A stretch of 64,000 bases of DNA from Macrostomum lignano. Taxonomy: Eukaryota. The number at the start of each line of letters is the position of its first letter. Positions within the stretch are counted from its first letter, which is position 1. A program made the position numbers and the translations under genes. Under the pieces are notes generated by a model. That model was not told the DNA's origin and ran no database searches. It saw only the letters and a list, made by a program, of their open reading frames with translations. The stretch is taken from assembly GCA_002269645.1 (NCBI GenBank), contig NIVC01000647.1, positions 62,001 through 126,000 on the forward strand, read 5' to 3'. Shown piece by piece: positions 11,801 through 30,300 of the stretch.

Positions 11801-13237
11801 AGCTGGAAATGTAATAAACTGACTGGAATGCTATACCTAGATTGCACTGTACTTTGATACTCTTTAAGGCACCCTTGCCCAACACAAACGCTCGCACAGG
11901 CTCTCTCTGTCTCTCTCTCTCTCCCCTTCTCGTCTCGCTCGGAAGGAGATCAATAAAAACCAGTCGAAGCCTGCCGACCCGTCTGGCGCAGAAGTGTACA
12001 CTCCTGCTGTACACCTTCCCCTGCGCCCGTCTAGCACTACAGAAAGAGACTGGAATCTCGCGCAGAGGGGAGAGAGAGAGGAAAGGAGGCTAAGAGTGCG
12101 TATGGGGTCAAAATACAAGCCCAGATACGGAGGACGCTTCTCTAATCTAGCCAACGGTCTTTCTGACTATACTTGTAGATGGAGTGAGCCGTTACTATAT
12201 GCTAAGTTCACTGGAAGGTCAATTAAACTTATAAACAGACTTTTCACTAATATCTAAACTAAACAAAGTAGTACAGGCACAGCGTGCTAAATGAACTTTG
12301 AAGAGTAAAAAACAATGGAATTTTGAGCGAGTCACAGAAAAGCAAACAAATGACTTAATATTCGATAAAACAAGTTTCTTTTCAAAACACAAAACTTTAT
12401 GGATTGAAACATTTCCGAACTTAAATTAAAACAGGACTGAAATTAATAAGTTCCACTGTTTGAAAATACAGCTATGACCCTCATAGAAAAGACAGCGATG
12501 GCTCTCATTGGGAATACAGCTGACTCTCATTGGGAAGACAGCTATGAGTCTCATTGGAAAGACAGCTGACTCTCATTGGAAAGACAGCTATGACTCTCAT
12601 TGGGAAGACAGCTATGACTCTCATTGGAAAGACAGCTATGACTCTCATTGGGAAGACAGCAGACTCATTGGAAAGACAGATGACTCTCATTGGGAAGACA
12701 GCTATGACCCTCATTGGAAAGACAGCTATGACTCTCATTGGGAAGACAGCAATGACTCTCATTGGGAAGAAAGCTATGACTCTCATTGGAAAGACAGCTA
12801 TGACTCTCATTGAGAAGACAGCAATGACTCTCATTGGAAAGACAGCTATGACCCTCATTGGAAAGACAGCAATGACTCATTGGAAAGACAGCTATGACTC
12901 TCATAGGAAAGACAGCTATGACCCTCATTGGAAAGATAGCAATGACTCATTAGAAAGACAGATATGACTCTTATTGGGAAGACAGCAATGACCCTCATTG
13001 GGAAGACAGCTATGACCCTCATTGAGAAAACAACCTTGAACATCATCAAAAAGACAGCTATAAAAGTACAGTGACCAAAATTAAAAAGACAAAATGAGCA
13101 CTCCTAAAATGCAACTAAAGCTTACCAGTGCTTTCATCAGCAGCCAAAATGCCTTTGCCAGGAGCAGCAATAGCATTGGCAATATCGCGCAGCTCCTTCT
13201 GCTTCTCAGCACTCAGATATTCAGCATAGGAAGGCAT
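8879..13237 (-). CDS. ALDO: Class I fructose-bisphosphate aldolase, 363 aa, 4 exons
   Basis: Exons 13237-13126, 11288-11023, 10453-10253 and 9391-8879, 1092 nt, canonical splice sites. Motifs [48 protein letters not shown] (Schiff-base Lys), [18 protein letters not shown] and C-terminal Tyr. Confidence 0.98.
9510..10240. repeat. Intronic minisatellite, 29-bp unit GAGGATCTGGGAGGTTGGTCACTGAAATT
   Basis: About 25 copies filling most of aldolase intron 3. Confidence 0.95.
10505..10945. repeat. Intronic minisatellite, 30-bp unit (15-bp dimer) GCGATTCTCTGAGTGGCGATTTTCTAAGAA
   Basis: About 14 copies in aldolase intron 2. Confidence 0.95.
11403..11530. repeat. Minisatellite, 33-bp unit GGTACTGCTACTCAGTCATCAGGTATTTCATTA
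   Basis: About 4 copies in aldolase intron 1. Confidence 0.9.
12470..13030. repeat. Intronic minisatellite, 24-bp unit ATGACTCTCATTGGAAAGACAGCT
   Basis: About 23 copies in aldolase intron 1. Confidence 0.95.
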
Positions 13238-16200
13238 GATGATTCAGGTAGTTTAAATTGATTATTAAGGGCTATAGCCAAAAAGCTGGAATGTGAATTT
13301 TTGTTAATATCAAATAAGTATACCTAATAACTACAAGAATTATGATAGATATATCAGTTAAAAAATTAAAGGAAAACAAAAGTAAAACAAAGAAAAATAG
13401 TTTCTAGAAAAAAATAGATGCTTTAAAATTAACTTAAAAAACAAAAATATATCTTTAAGTTTTTTAAAATTTGTATTGACAAAATTAAAAACTAAATTTT
13501 CATACCAGCATATGCCTGTCATGATCTTTATTAATAGATAAGGCCTCAACTAAATAAGGTTGCTAGTCAGATTATCATATTCTATTTAGTATTTTATCAT
13601 ATTTATATAATAAAGTGAATAGGAATAAAGTAGCCTTGTAAATTAATATGACAAAGTGATCAATATTTCAATAATAACTGGGACCTTGGGTTCTCAATGC
13701 TTTATACTAGCCAGTCAGTAAAATGGTAAGACAATATTGCAATGCACATCATAGTGCATAACTCCATAAGTAACAAAATGCATATAAACTAAATTGGAAA
13801 TTTGGATAGTTATCCTTCTAGTGAGAGGGCCAAATAATCCGTGCTGTGCACCACTCAGACTTTCACACCGCTTTGGTGCTTTCGCCGCGCACAAGTGAAA
13901 CGCTAGAGTCTGTATGTACTATAAAATAGACCTACTAAGACAAGTAAACCAATTCATCTAGGCATAACTTTTAAAAACACAAATACTGATCTGAAGCTAA
14001 GAGAAAATAGATGTCAGTTAGTTTTCAGTAATCATGGTAACTGCAGAATATTTAATTCAGTTTTACAAAACAATAAACGTTTAATTTACTATTGCAAATT
14101 AGTTTACTGAAAATTTACTGCACTATGTTTTTACATTTGATTTTTGTGTCCAGATATTAACGAAAACTACTTAAAGCTAAAATACAATGAAAGTATTTAA
14201 TAAGTATTTAACGCTAAAGTAAATGTTTTCTTAGTATCGCATTTAGACGTTATTAAACTTTTTGTTGCGTACATTTTGTTATTGTAATATATACTTCAAT
14301 GATAACATCACGCAGTGAGCACACAGCAAAGATTTTTTCGTCTCACTTCTTTTTGATGCAAAATAGAGCAATAAATTAATTCCTTGCAGTCTGAATGGAA
14401 CGTGCAAGTGTATCATCATCAGTGGTGACTGTTGATTTTTTTGTATTATCCTATTTGTACAAGAACAATACAATACACAGTAAATGTTTCATAAACGTAA
14501 AGCTAAACGTCCCATCATGCTTTCCACTCCTCATGACGTGGAAAAACGATTAATTGTTTCATTTATATGCCCAGCTATTCCATGAAATTTAAATGTTTAC
14601 TTTTTTGTTCAGAAGTAGAAACAAGCTAAATACCATTTTTAAGCTTGCTTACAATTCCAGAACAAAACAATTTATATTTTCACGTTTTGGCTTTCAAAAA
14701 TATATAGAAGTGTTAGATATAAGTCAAGTCCTTCATTTTCAAAAATTAAATGCATGTTTTTTAACTTTCAAACTAAATGCCTTGTTTTTCAGTTCGAAAA
14801 CAGACGAAACAAAATGTCAAAGCTTCTGGAAGCAGGTGGAAAATCAAGAAATATGCGGAATGCAGCTTAACCCTATCGAACCCGGCCGCTGCAGAGCAGC
14901 TAGTCATTTGCTCCCATATTCCCATTGACATTTGCTCAAATTCTGCCGTCTATGGCCCAATTGTAAGTCCCATGAGAAGTCTTCGACTTTGTCTACAGGG
15001 TCATATCGGGTAGGCTCGGGTGAGTTAATCTGGTGTTAGAATTGTCTATGGCCGCTCTGCAGCCAGTGGGTTTTTTCGATGTGCTTTGGATTTCCGGCGG
15101 AGCTTAAGTGGTATGTTAATATCTTCAAATTCGTTCTCACGATCTTGTTGTGACCGGGAATCTATAGTTCAGGGCTAGGTGGGACCGGCCCTGCACTTTC
15201 TTGCCGTTCCCCCACTGTGTCTTGTTTCGCCCCCCCCTAGCCGCACCCACCTCCCCATTTTTCTTCCCGGGCCATTTGCGGGCCAAATTCTGATTGGTGG
15301 CCCCACCTCCCTGCTCTGTACCCCTTTGTTACTCCGTTGTTGTCTATGGCCAATATCGTTAGCGAGCTTACCTGACCCTAGAAATAACCCAAACAAATGA
15401 ATAAAATTGCGTAAACTACGGGAATTAGCCTACAGACGCCTCGCCTTGCCAATCTTTTCGGAACAGGGGTTTAAATATATACGCTACGAGAGTTAGTAGA
15501 ATGTACTGCATGAACCCACTTCAAGTTCCGAATTGTCAGTTCGACCTACGTGCTGACCTGCCTCGCTCGTCCTCTGGGGGAGCTTTAATTTTCAGCTAGT
15601 GATCGAAGATCGCTGCGATCACGTCATGTCGTCCCTGCAATCTCAACTGATTATACCAGCAAACTGCAGGTAATTCGCGTTATCGTTTCCGATCTTCGAT
15701 TATTGGCAAGACACGCAAGCTTCCTAGCTACCCACGTCAATTTCTTAATTCCCAGTGGCATCCTCTTATTCTCAAAGCCTTCCATTATAAGCTGTAGGCG
15801 TCATCTCCTTAATTGGTTATCATCAATTTAAGCACTAGTGACAATGTGACGGCTAAATTGAATATCCTCTATTTCGTGACTTGGTCCACAGCACAGTGTG
15901 AACCAATAAGTATGTTTTGTTTATATTTTTATATCCTATATTATATATCATATTTTTTAAATACTTTAGTTATACGAGTTTATCTAGCGCAAAGAGACGA
16001 AAAACACATACTGCAGATAGTCGAATTTCTCGAAAACAAAACTGATCATCGTTACCAAGGGCAACGCGCGCTGTGAACAGCAGTTAGCAGAAACAGAAAC
16101 ACGACGTGACATTGAAAAAGCCGGCTAAGATTAAAATCTGGTTAGACATCCAATAAGCATCCGGTTAAAGTGATTAAGCATTGTTAGTGTAACAAATCCA

Positions 16201-16725
16201 CGTGCTTTTACAATTATTGTGCGTTTAGGGAGTAGAATATAGAATAATGTTGTGCCAACAAGCTAAAATAGGACAACAAAACCTTGGGATTTATTGCATG
16301 GGATAAGATATTTTCACAATGATTGACACAAGCTGAGTAAAACACGATTTAAATTCTCTCTATTATGATTATTTTGAACAAGAGACAGTTTTGGATAAAA
16401 GTTTAAAGAGCTGATGCCATACGGCTGGCATGAGCACACATAACCAACAACATAATAAGCATATTACCAGAGGCATTAGTTTGTACTGTCCGCAAACCGG
16501 CACGACAAACAAAGGTCAATGTTTTTTTTTCGCGGATAAGCATATGCTATCGAATTGTCGAATCATTCTTTAAGATTTGCAGTACTCCTCTCAACTCGAT
16601 ATTGCATCTGCTAGATGATAGACTAGCCAAAATTGATCAATGGGTAGCATGAGAATTGATTGATGCCGCAGGCGTTCTGCCTCAAATTGACTTCTGGCGA
16701 TTCAGTTAAAGGCGAGTGACGGACC

Positions 16726-17040
16726 AGGGGTTGGGATTGGTGTTAGGGATTATAGCGTTAGGGCTGGGATAAGAGTTAGGGTTGGGATTAGTGCTGGAGG
16801 GTTGGGATTAGTGTTAGGGTTGGGATTAGTGTTAGGGTTTGGATTAGTGTTAGGGTTGGGATTAGTGTTAGGGTTGGGATTAGTGTTAGGGTTGGGATTA
16901 GTGTTAGGGTTGGGATTAGTGTTAGGGTTGGGATTAGTGTTAGGGTTGGGATTAGTGTTAGGGTTGGAATTAGTGTTAGGGTTGGAATTAGTGTAAGGGT
17001 TGGGATTAGTGTTAGGGTTGGGATTAGTGTTAGGGTTGGG
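16726..17040. repeat. Telomere-like 18-bp minisatellite TTAGGG-TTGGGA-TTAGTG
   Basis: About 17 copies; each unit is three hexamers, one of them an exact TTAGGG. Confidence 0.9.
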
Positions 17041-17294
17041 AATGGATGAAAGAGATAAAGACATGAGAGAGTGTGTGTGGAGCCCCGTCACACAGGTTGG
17101 AACCAGAGAAGGCTGGGGGAGGAGAAGAGAGAAGTGCTCAAACCTGGTGATGAGCCAGGAAAAAACGCCAGTAGAGACCAGTCAACCCGCATGGGACCAC
17201 CTACCATCCCAAGAGGTTGGAAGGAGAAGGAAAACTACAAGGGAAAAATTCAGCTTCGTCGGAGACCCTGATCAACGACTTTCTAAAGTACAGA

Positions 17295-24804
<7,510 letters not shown>

Positions 24805-25289
24805 GCCTCATCAGGGGTGCTGATTGAAACTGTGTGGAGCAATTGGCAGACAGGTTTTTTCAGAGCCTCTCCTCGCTGAGCTGCAGCAACAAAAATTAAT
24901 CAAGGCTAATAATGAACGAGCGCGTCTTTTCGTCTCAGGTTCGAACCGGAATGAATCCAGTTTTGATGGCTAGCGATGAATGCAAAGTACTTTTGCTGCC
25001 AAGCAGATGAGAGGCGCAAGGGTAAGCAGGTAAAATGCTTTTGGCGCTGCTTTTAGACTTGATTTGCTCTGGGGATTGTCACGGATCGCCTAGCAGTTGA
25101 ACTGAGGCTGGGAGAGCGCAGGATCTGACAACTGAGCAGGAGCAGAGTCGAGTACCTGGCAGCGGCTTTAAATTGGTTGCTAGGGGGGGGGGTGCAAGAC
25201 AGGATCTGCGCGGTTGTCGAATGAAATTCGAGACCGTCAGCACCATCAGCCAATGGCGATTCAAGTCAGGGGGAGATTTTAAAAATGGG

Positions 25290-25840
25290 AGTCTGATTGG
25301 GGATCTGGAAGTAATATTGAGGACCTGAGAGTGAGATTGGGAATCTGAGAGTGAGATTGGGGATCTGAGAGTGAGATTGGGGATCTTAGAGTGAGATTGG
25401 GGATCTGAGAGTGAGATTGGGGATCTGAGAGTGAGATTGGGGATCTTAGAGTGAGATTAGGGATCTGAGAGTGAGATTAGGGATCTGAGAGTGAGATTGG
25501 GGATCTGGGAGTGAGATTGGGGATCTGGGAGTGAGATTGGGGATCTGAGAGTGGGATTGGGGATCTGAGAGTGAGATTAGGGTCTGGCAGTGAGATTGGG
25601 GATCTGAGAGTGAGATTAAGGATCTGGGGGAGATTGAGGATCTGAGAGTGAGATTGGGGATCTGAGAGTGAGGTTATGGATCTGAGAGTGAGATTAGGGA
25701 TCTGAGAGTGAGATTGGGGATCTGGGAGTGAGATTGGGGATCTGAGAGTGAGATTGAGGATCTGGAAGTGAGATTGGGGATCTAAGAGTGAGATTGGGAT
25801 CTGAGGGTGAGATTCAGGAGCTGGACGATTGAGGATCTGG
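25290..25840. repeat. Minisatellite, 20-bp unit GAGATTGGGGATCTGAGAGT
   Basis: Same family and orientation as the array at 23960-24740. Confidence 0.93.
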
Positions 25841-26571
25841 TAGATAGGGGCTCTAATGGTGCAGTTAGGGATCTGTGAGAAACCAGGACATTGGGTGTTA
25901 TCGCAGGACCTGCTTTCCTTACACACTGCTGATAATGGGTTAATAATTGCATGAAAATCAATGTGCATTTCTCACGAATTTCAGTAAAATTGTTTACAAT
26001 AACACGGTCGTTTTAATTTTCTTTCACAATTCCAATCAAGTGAATGTTTGAAAGAACTCTTGGCAGCAAAAACCTGTTTTTATTTTTTCAGCTTCTCTAA
26101 GACTGGAAGGAAACGTTATTTATTAAACTGAGTCTTCACTACAAGCACCTGCAATTTAGAAACTGTCTGCATTTTTGACAAGCAAGTTTTTATGTAGTTA
26201 TTTTTTAATTGTAGAATTTAATTTTTCATTTTTCTTTCATAATCCTTCTTCTATTTTATTTTAAGCCGCTTTTGTTTGCCTTCTCCTTGAGCAGTCTGAG
26301 TGCAATAAAAGAGTTTTATTTAAAGCAGAAAATTTAATTAGACAGACACGTCAGTGGCGAGCGTCACAGAAACAGTACAGCAAAAGGTCGAAAAATTATT
26401 TCTTTCCAGTTTTAGTTCGTTCGTTCCTATCAACTACTGTTAGTAGAGATGTGACATTTTATGCTTAACACATGAATTTTTAACTCAAGAGAATTGATGA
26501 GCCGCTTGCAGCTCGCCGTGTCTTCATGCACACAGACGATTCATCCTTCCCATCTCGTCCCCAATCAGTAA

Positions 26572-26895
26572 GTACACTGATGACTCATCATTCCCATCTC
26601 GTCCCTTTTCTGCATGTACACTGATGACTCATCATTCCCATCTCGTCCCTTTTCTGCATGTACACTGATGACTCATCATTCCCATCTCGTCCCTTTTCTG
26701 CATGTACACTGATGACTCATCATTCCCATCTCGTCCCTTTTCTGCATGTACACTGATGACCCATCCCTCCCATCTCGTCCCCTATCTGCATGTACACTGA
26801 TAACTCATCCCTCCCATCTCGTCCCTTATTTGCATGTACACTGATGACTCGCCATTCGCATCTCGTCCCTTATCTGCATGTACGCTGATGACTCA
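26572..26895. repeat. Minisatellite, 44-bp unit GTACACTGATGACTCATCATTCCCATCTCGTCCCTTTTCTGCAT
   Basis: About 7 contiguous copies, period 44 (26572 and 26616), no unique spacers. Confidence 0.93.
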
Positions 26896-27333
26896 TCGCT
26901 CAAACTTCTAATAATTTTGCCTCAAATGGTACTACCATTTATCCACTAAAATCAGTACCTTATGTTCTCTCCAACAGCTTAGTAAATTTAAATGTAAATG
27001 TAATTACGAAGTAAGGAAATTATGTTGTTCTGCAAGATTTCGCATTGACAGTTGCATAAAAGGCTAAAATGATACTTTTCGATCCGTCAACAACCAGTCC
27101 CAGCCGGTTGGTCAGTAAGAGTGAACTGACGAAATATTCGGAGACCTGGAAATACGCAATATTCACGAAGGTAAAATTTAGTGCGCAATTGTCGACACAT
27201 AAAATAAGTGAAAAAAACGGGTCTCAGAGTTTTCATTGCCACATTAACAGCTGGCAAGAAAGTGAAAGCAACTGCTTAAAAAATCTCAAGTTAAACAAGT
27301 TGATTTCAATTGCAAATTTTCTGCAAGCGGAGC

Positions 27334-30300
27334 ATGGACAATCAGGGCGCTGCTGCAGCGGTGGCTGGTGAGTGCTTTGTGATGCAGATCTATCAAAATA
27401 AATAAACATTTACACTTTATCAAAAATTAACTTCCATTTGTAATCGAAATTCTGCCTTCAACTTGTCTTTCAGATCAAGAAGACCTTACGAAAAAGTTCT
27501 GCAAGAAAAGTGCTGCAGATTCAGCGAACCAGGTGAGCAGTCGGTCATGAGGAACTAAATTATAAATATGCTGTCAGATGCTCAGTCAAATATGCTGTCA
27601 AATGTGTGTCTGTCCTGATGTCTATAGTGTCTGTCTTGATATCTATAGTGTCTGTCTTGATATCTATAGTGTCTGTCTTGATATCTATAGTGTCTGTCCT
27701 GATGTCTATAGTGTCTGTCTTGATATCTATAGTGTCTGTCTTGATATCTATAGCGTTTGTCTTGATATCTATAGTGTCTGTCCTGATGTCTATAGTGTCT
27801 GTCTTGATGTCTATAGTGTCTGTCTTGATATCTATAGTGTCTGTTTTAATATCTATAGTGTCTGTCTTGATATCTATAGTGTCTGTTTTAATATCTATAG
27901 TGTCTATCTTGATGTCTATAGTGTCTGTCTTGATATCTATAGTGTCTGTCTTGATATCTATAGTGTCTGTCTTGATATCTATAGTGTCTGTCCTGATATC
28001 TATAGTGTCTGTCTTGATATCTATAGTGTCTGTTTTAATATCTATAGTGTCTATTTTGATATCTATAGTGTCTGTCTTGATATCTATAGTGTCTGTCCTG
28101 ATATCTATAGTGTCTGTCTTGATATCTATAGTGTCTGTTTTAATATCTATAGTGTCTATTTTGATATCTATAGTGTCTGTCTTGATATCTATAGTGTCTG
28201 TCCTGATATCTATAGTGTCTGTCTTGATATCTATAGTGTCTGTTTTAATATCTATAGTGTCTGTCTTGATCTATATAGTGTCTGACTTGATCTCTATAGT
28301 GTCTATCTTGATCTCTATAGTGTCTGTCTTGATATCTATTGTGTCTGACTTGATCCCTACAGTGTCTGTCTTGATCCCTACAGTGTCTGTCTTGATCCCT
28401 ACAGTGTCTGTCTTCATCCCTACAGTGTCTGTCTTGATCTCTATAGTGTCTGTCTTGATATCTATAGTGTCTGTCTTGATATCTATATTGTCTGTCTTGA
28501 TATCTATAGTGTCTGTCTTGATATCTATAGTGTCTGTCTTGATATCTATAGTGTCTGTCTTGATCCCTATAGTGTCTGTCTTGATCTCTATAGTGTCTGT
28601 CTTGATCTCTATAGTGTCTGTCTTGATATCTATAGTGTCTGTCTTGATATCTATAGTGTCTGTCTTGATCTCTATAGTGTCTGTCTTGATATCTATAGTG
28701 TCTGTCTTGATCTCTATAGTGTCTGTCTTGATATCTATAGTGTCTGTCTTGATCTCTATAGTGTCTGTCTTGATATCTATAGTGTCTGTCTTGATATCGA
28801 TAGTGTCTGTCTTGATATCTATAGTGTCTGTCTTGATCCCTACAGTGTCTGTCTTGATCCCTACAGTGTCTGTCTTGATCCCTACAGTGTCTGACTTGAT
28901 CCCTACAGTGTCTGACTTGATCCCTACAGTGTCTGTCTTGATCCCTACAGTGTCTGTCTTGATCCCTACAGTGTCTGTCTTGATCCCTACAGTGTCTGAC
29001 TTGATCCCTATAGTGTCTGTCTTGATCCCTACAGTGTCTGTCTTGATCCCTACAGTGTCTGTCTTGATCCCTACAGTGTCTGACTTGATCCCTATAGTGT
29101 CTGTCTTGATCCCTACAGTGTCTGTCTTGATCCCTACAGTGTCTGACTTGATCCCTATAGTGTCTGACTTAATCTCTATAGTGTCTGTTTTGCCCTAAAC
29201 AGTCAAGCTAGCCTGCAAGCTGCTGATCACACACAGGAATTCACATGCACATGAAAGTAGGGATTGGGTTAAGAAATCGAATTTCTCGTCATAAAAATAT
29301 TCTGCATTTGCAGTGTCAATTCCCACTCTGATCAAACAGTGGATGCTACAGTGGCTTCAGGTGCACTCTGCAGAGAGCTCCGGTCCCCGTGTTGTCCTGC
29401 CGTCCCCCTGCACAGCCCTACTGAGAATGCGATTGGTTGGCTAGTGCGGGAGCAGAGCGGGAGAGGAGAGAGGGAGACAGTGCGGTAGGGTAGGGAGCCA
29501 AGAGAAGTGGGCGGTGGAGAACAACTGCAGGTCCAAGCAGGAGAAGGCTCCCCCCCCTCTATCCCACATGTGTGAGAGAGCAGCTGCTATGAAGCAAAGA
29601 AATGGAGTTTTGAATTTTTTAAACTTTACTACCGCAACCTTGAACTCTTGCCGTTTGCTCGATCTAGACATTCTGCAGAAGTGGAAACCTTTCCCTCTAG
29701 GAGAAATTCATAATATAGAACAAAATAAATTCATACACGGATAGGCGCGGAGAGAGGCCGTGACCTGAGAGCCATAGCCCGGGATTAGATATAAGAGTGA
29801 CCGCTTAATTCGGTCTGTTTCAGAGCTCCAGCGACAGCAGGGAGATGAGCGCCAAGAAGGTGGATTACACTGCTCTGGTCGGTGAGTAGGGCTGCATTGC
29901 CGACATTGCGAACCAAAAGTAATATGATAATAAGACGTCTATCAGTCTAGGGACAGATTGTTTCTGAGATTATTTATGAGATTAGGTCTCTGAGAGAAGA
30001 TTCTCACCGTTCACACACTACGTGAGATTAGATCTGAGAGAGAAGATTCTCACCGTTCACACACCACGTGAGATTAGATCTGAGAGAGAAGATTCTCACC
30101 GTTCACAACAAGATGAGCTCTCAAGAACAAAAATCCTATCACAAGCTATCATGTTTCTAGAAAAACTACCAAATTCTTAATAACAAAACTGACGAATTCT
30201 CGGCAGGAGCGGCCGACTCTGCATCAGCACAGACTGCGGAGGCTGGGGAGACTATCTCCTCGGCTGCACCAGCTTTCCTGATGGCTTCGCTGCCTTCGCA

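Noticed and set aside
13835-13915. Possible structured ncRNA (CAGACTTTCAC...GTGAAAC..AGTCTG)
   Set aside because: Only short stems, and no ribozyme or snoRNA boxes in the correct arrangement.
14870-15075. Imperfect inverted repeat (ATCGAA..GCTGCAGAGC) suggesting a MITE
   Set aside because: The ends are ragged and no TSD could be identified.
17140-17275. C/D snoRNA-like boxes (GTGATGA ... CTGA) past the GPCR stop codon
   Set aside because: No terminal stem or recognisable guide; such short boxes occur by chance.
26572-26895. Hammerhead-like words in the 44-mer (CTGATGA on plus; TGATGA-GTC...GAC-GAGA on minus)
   Set aside because: The catalytic core is incomplete (no CUGAUGA with GAAA in one fold), and I could not build stems I and III.
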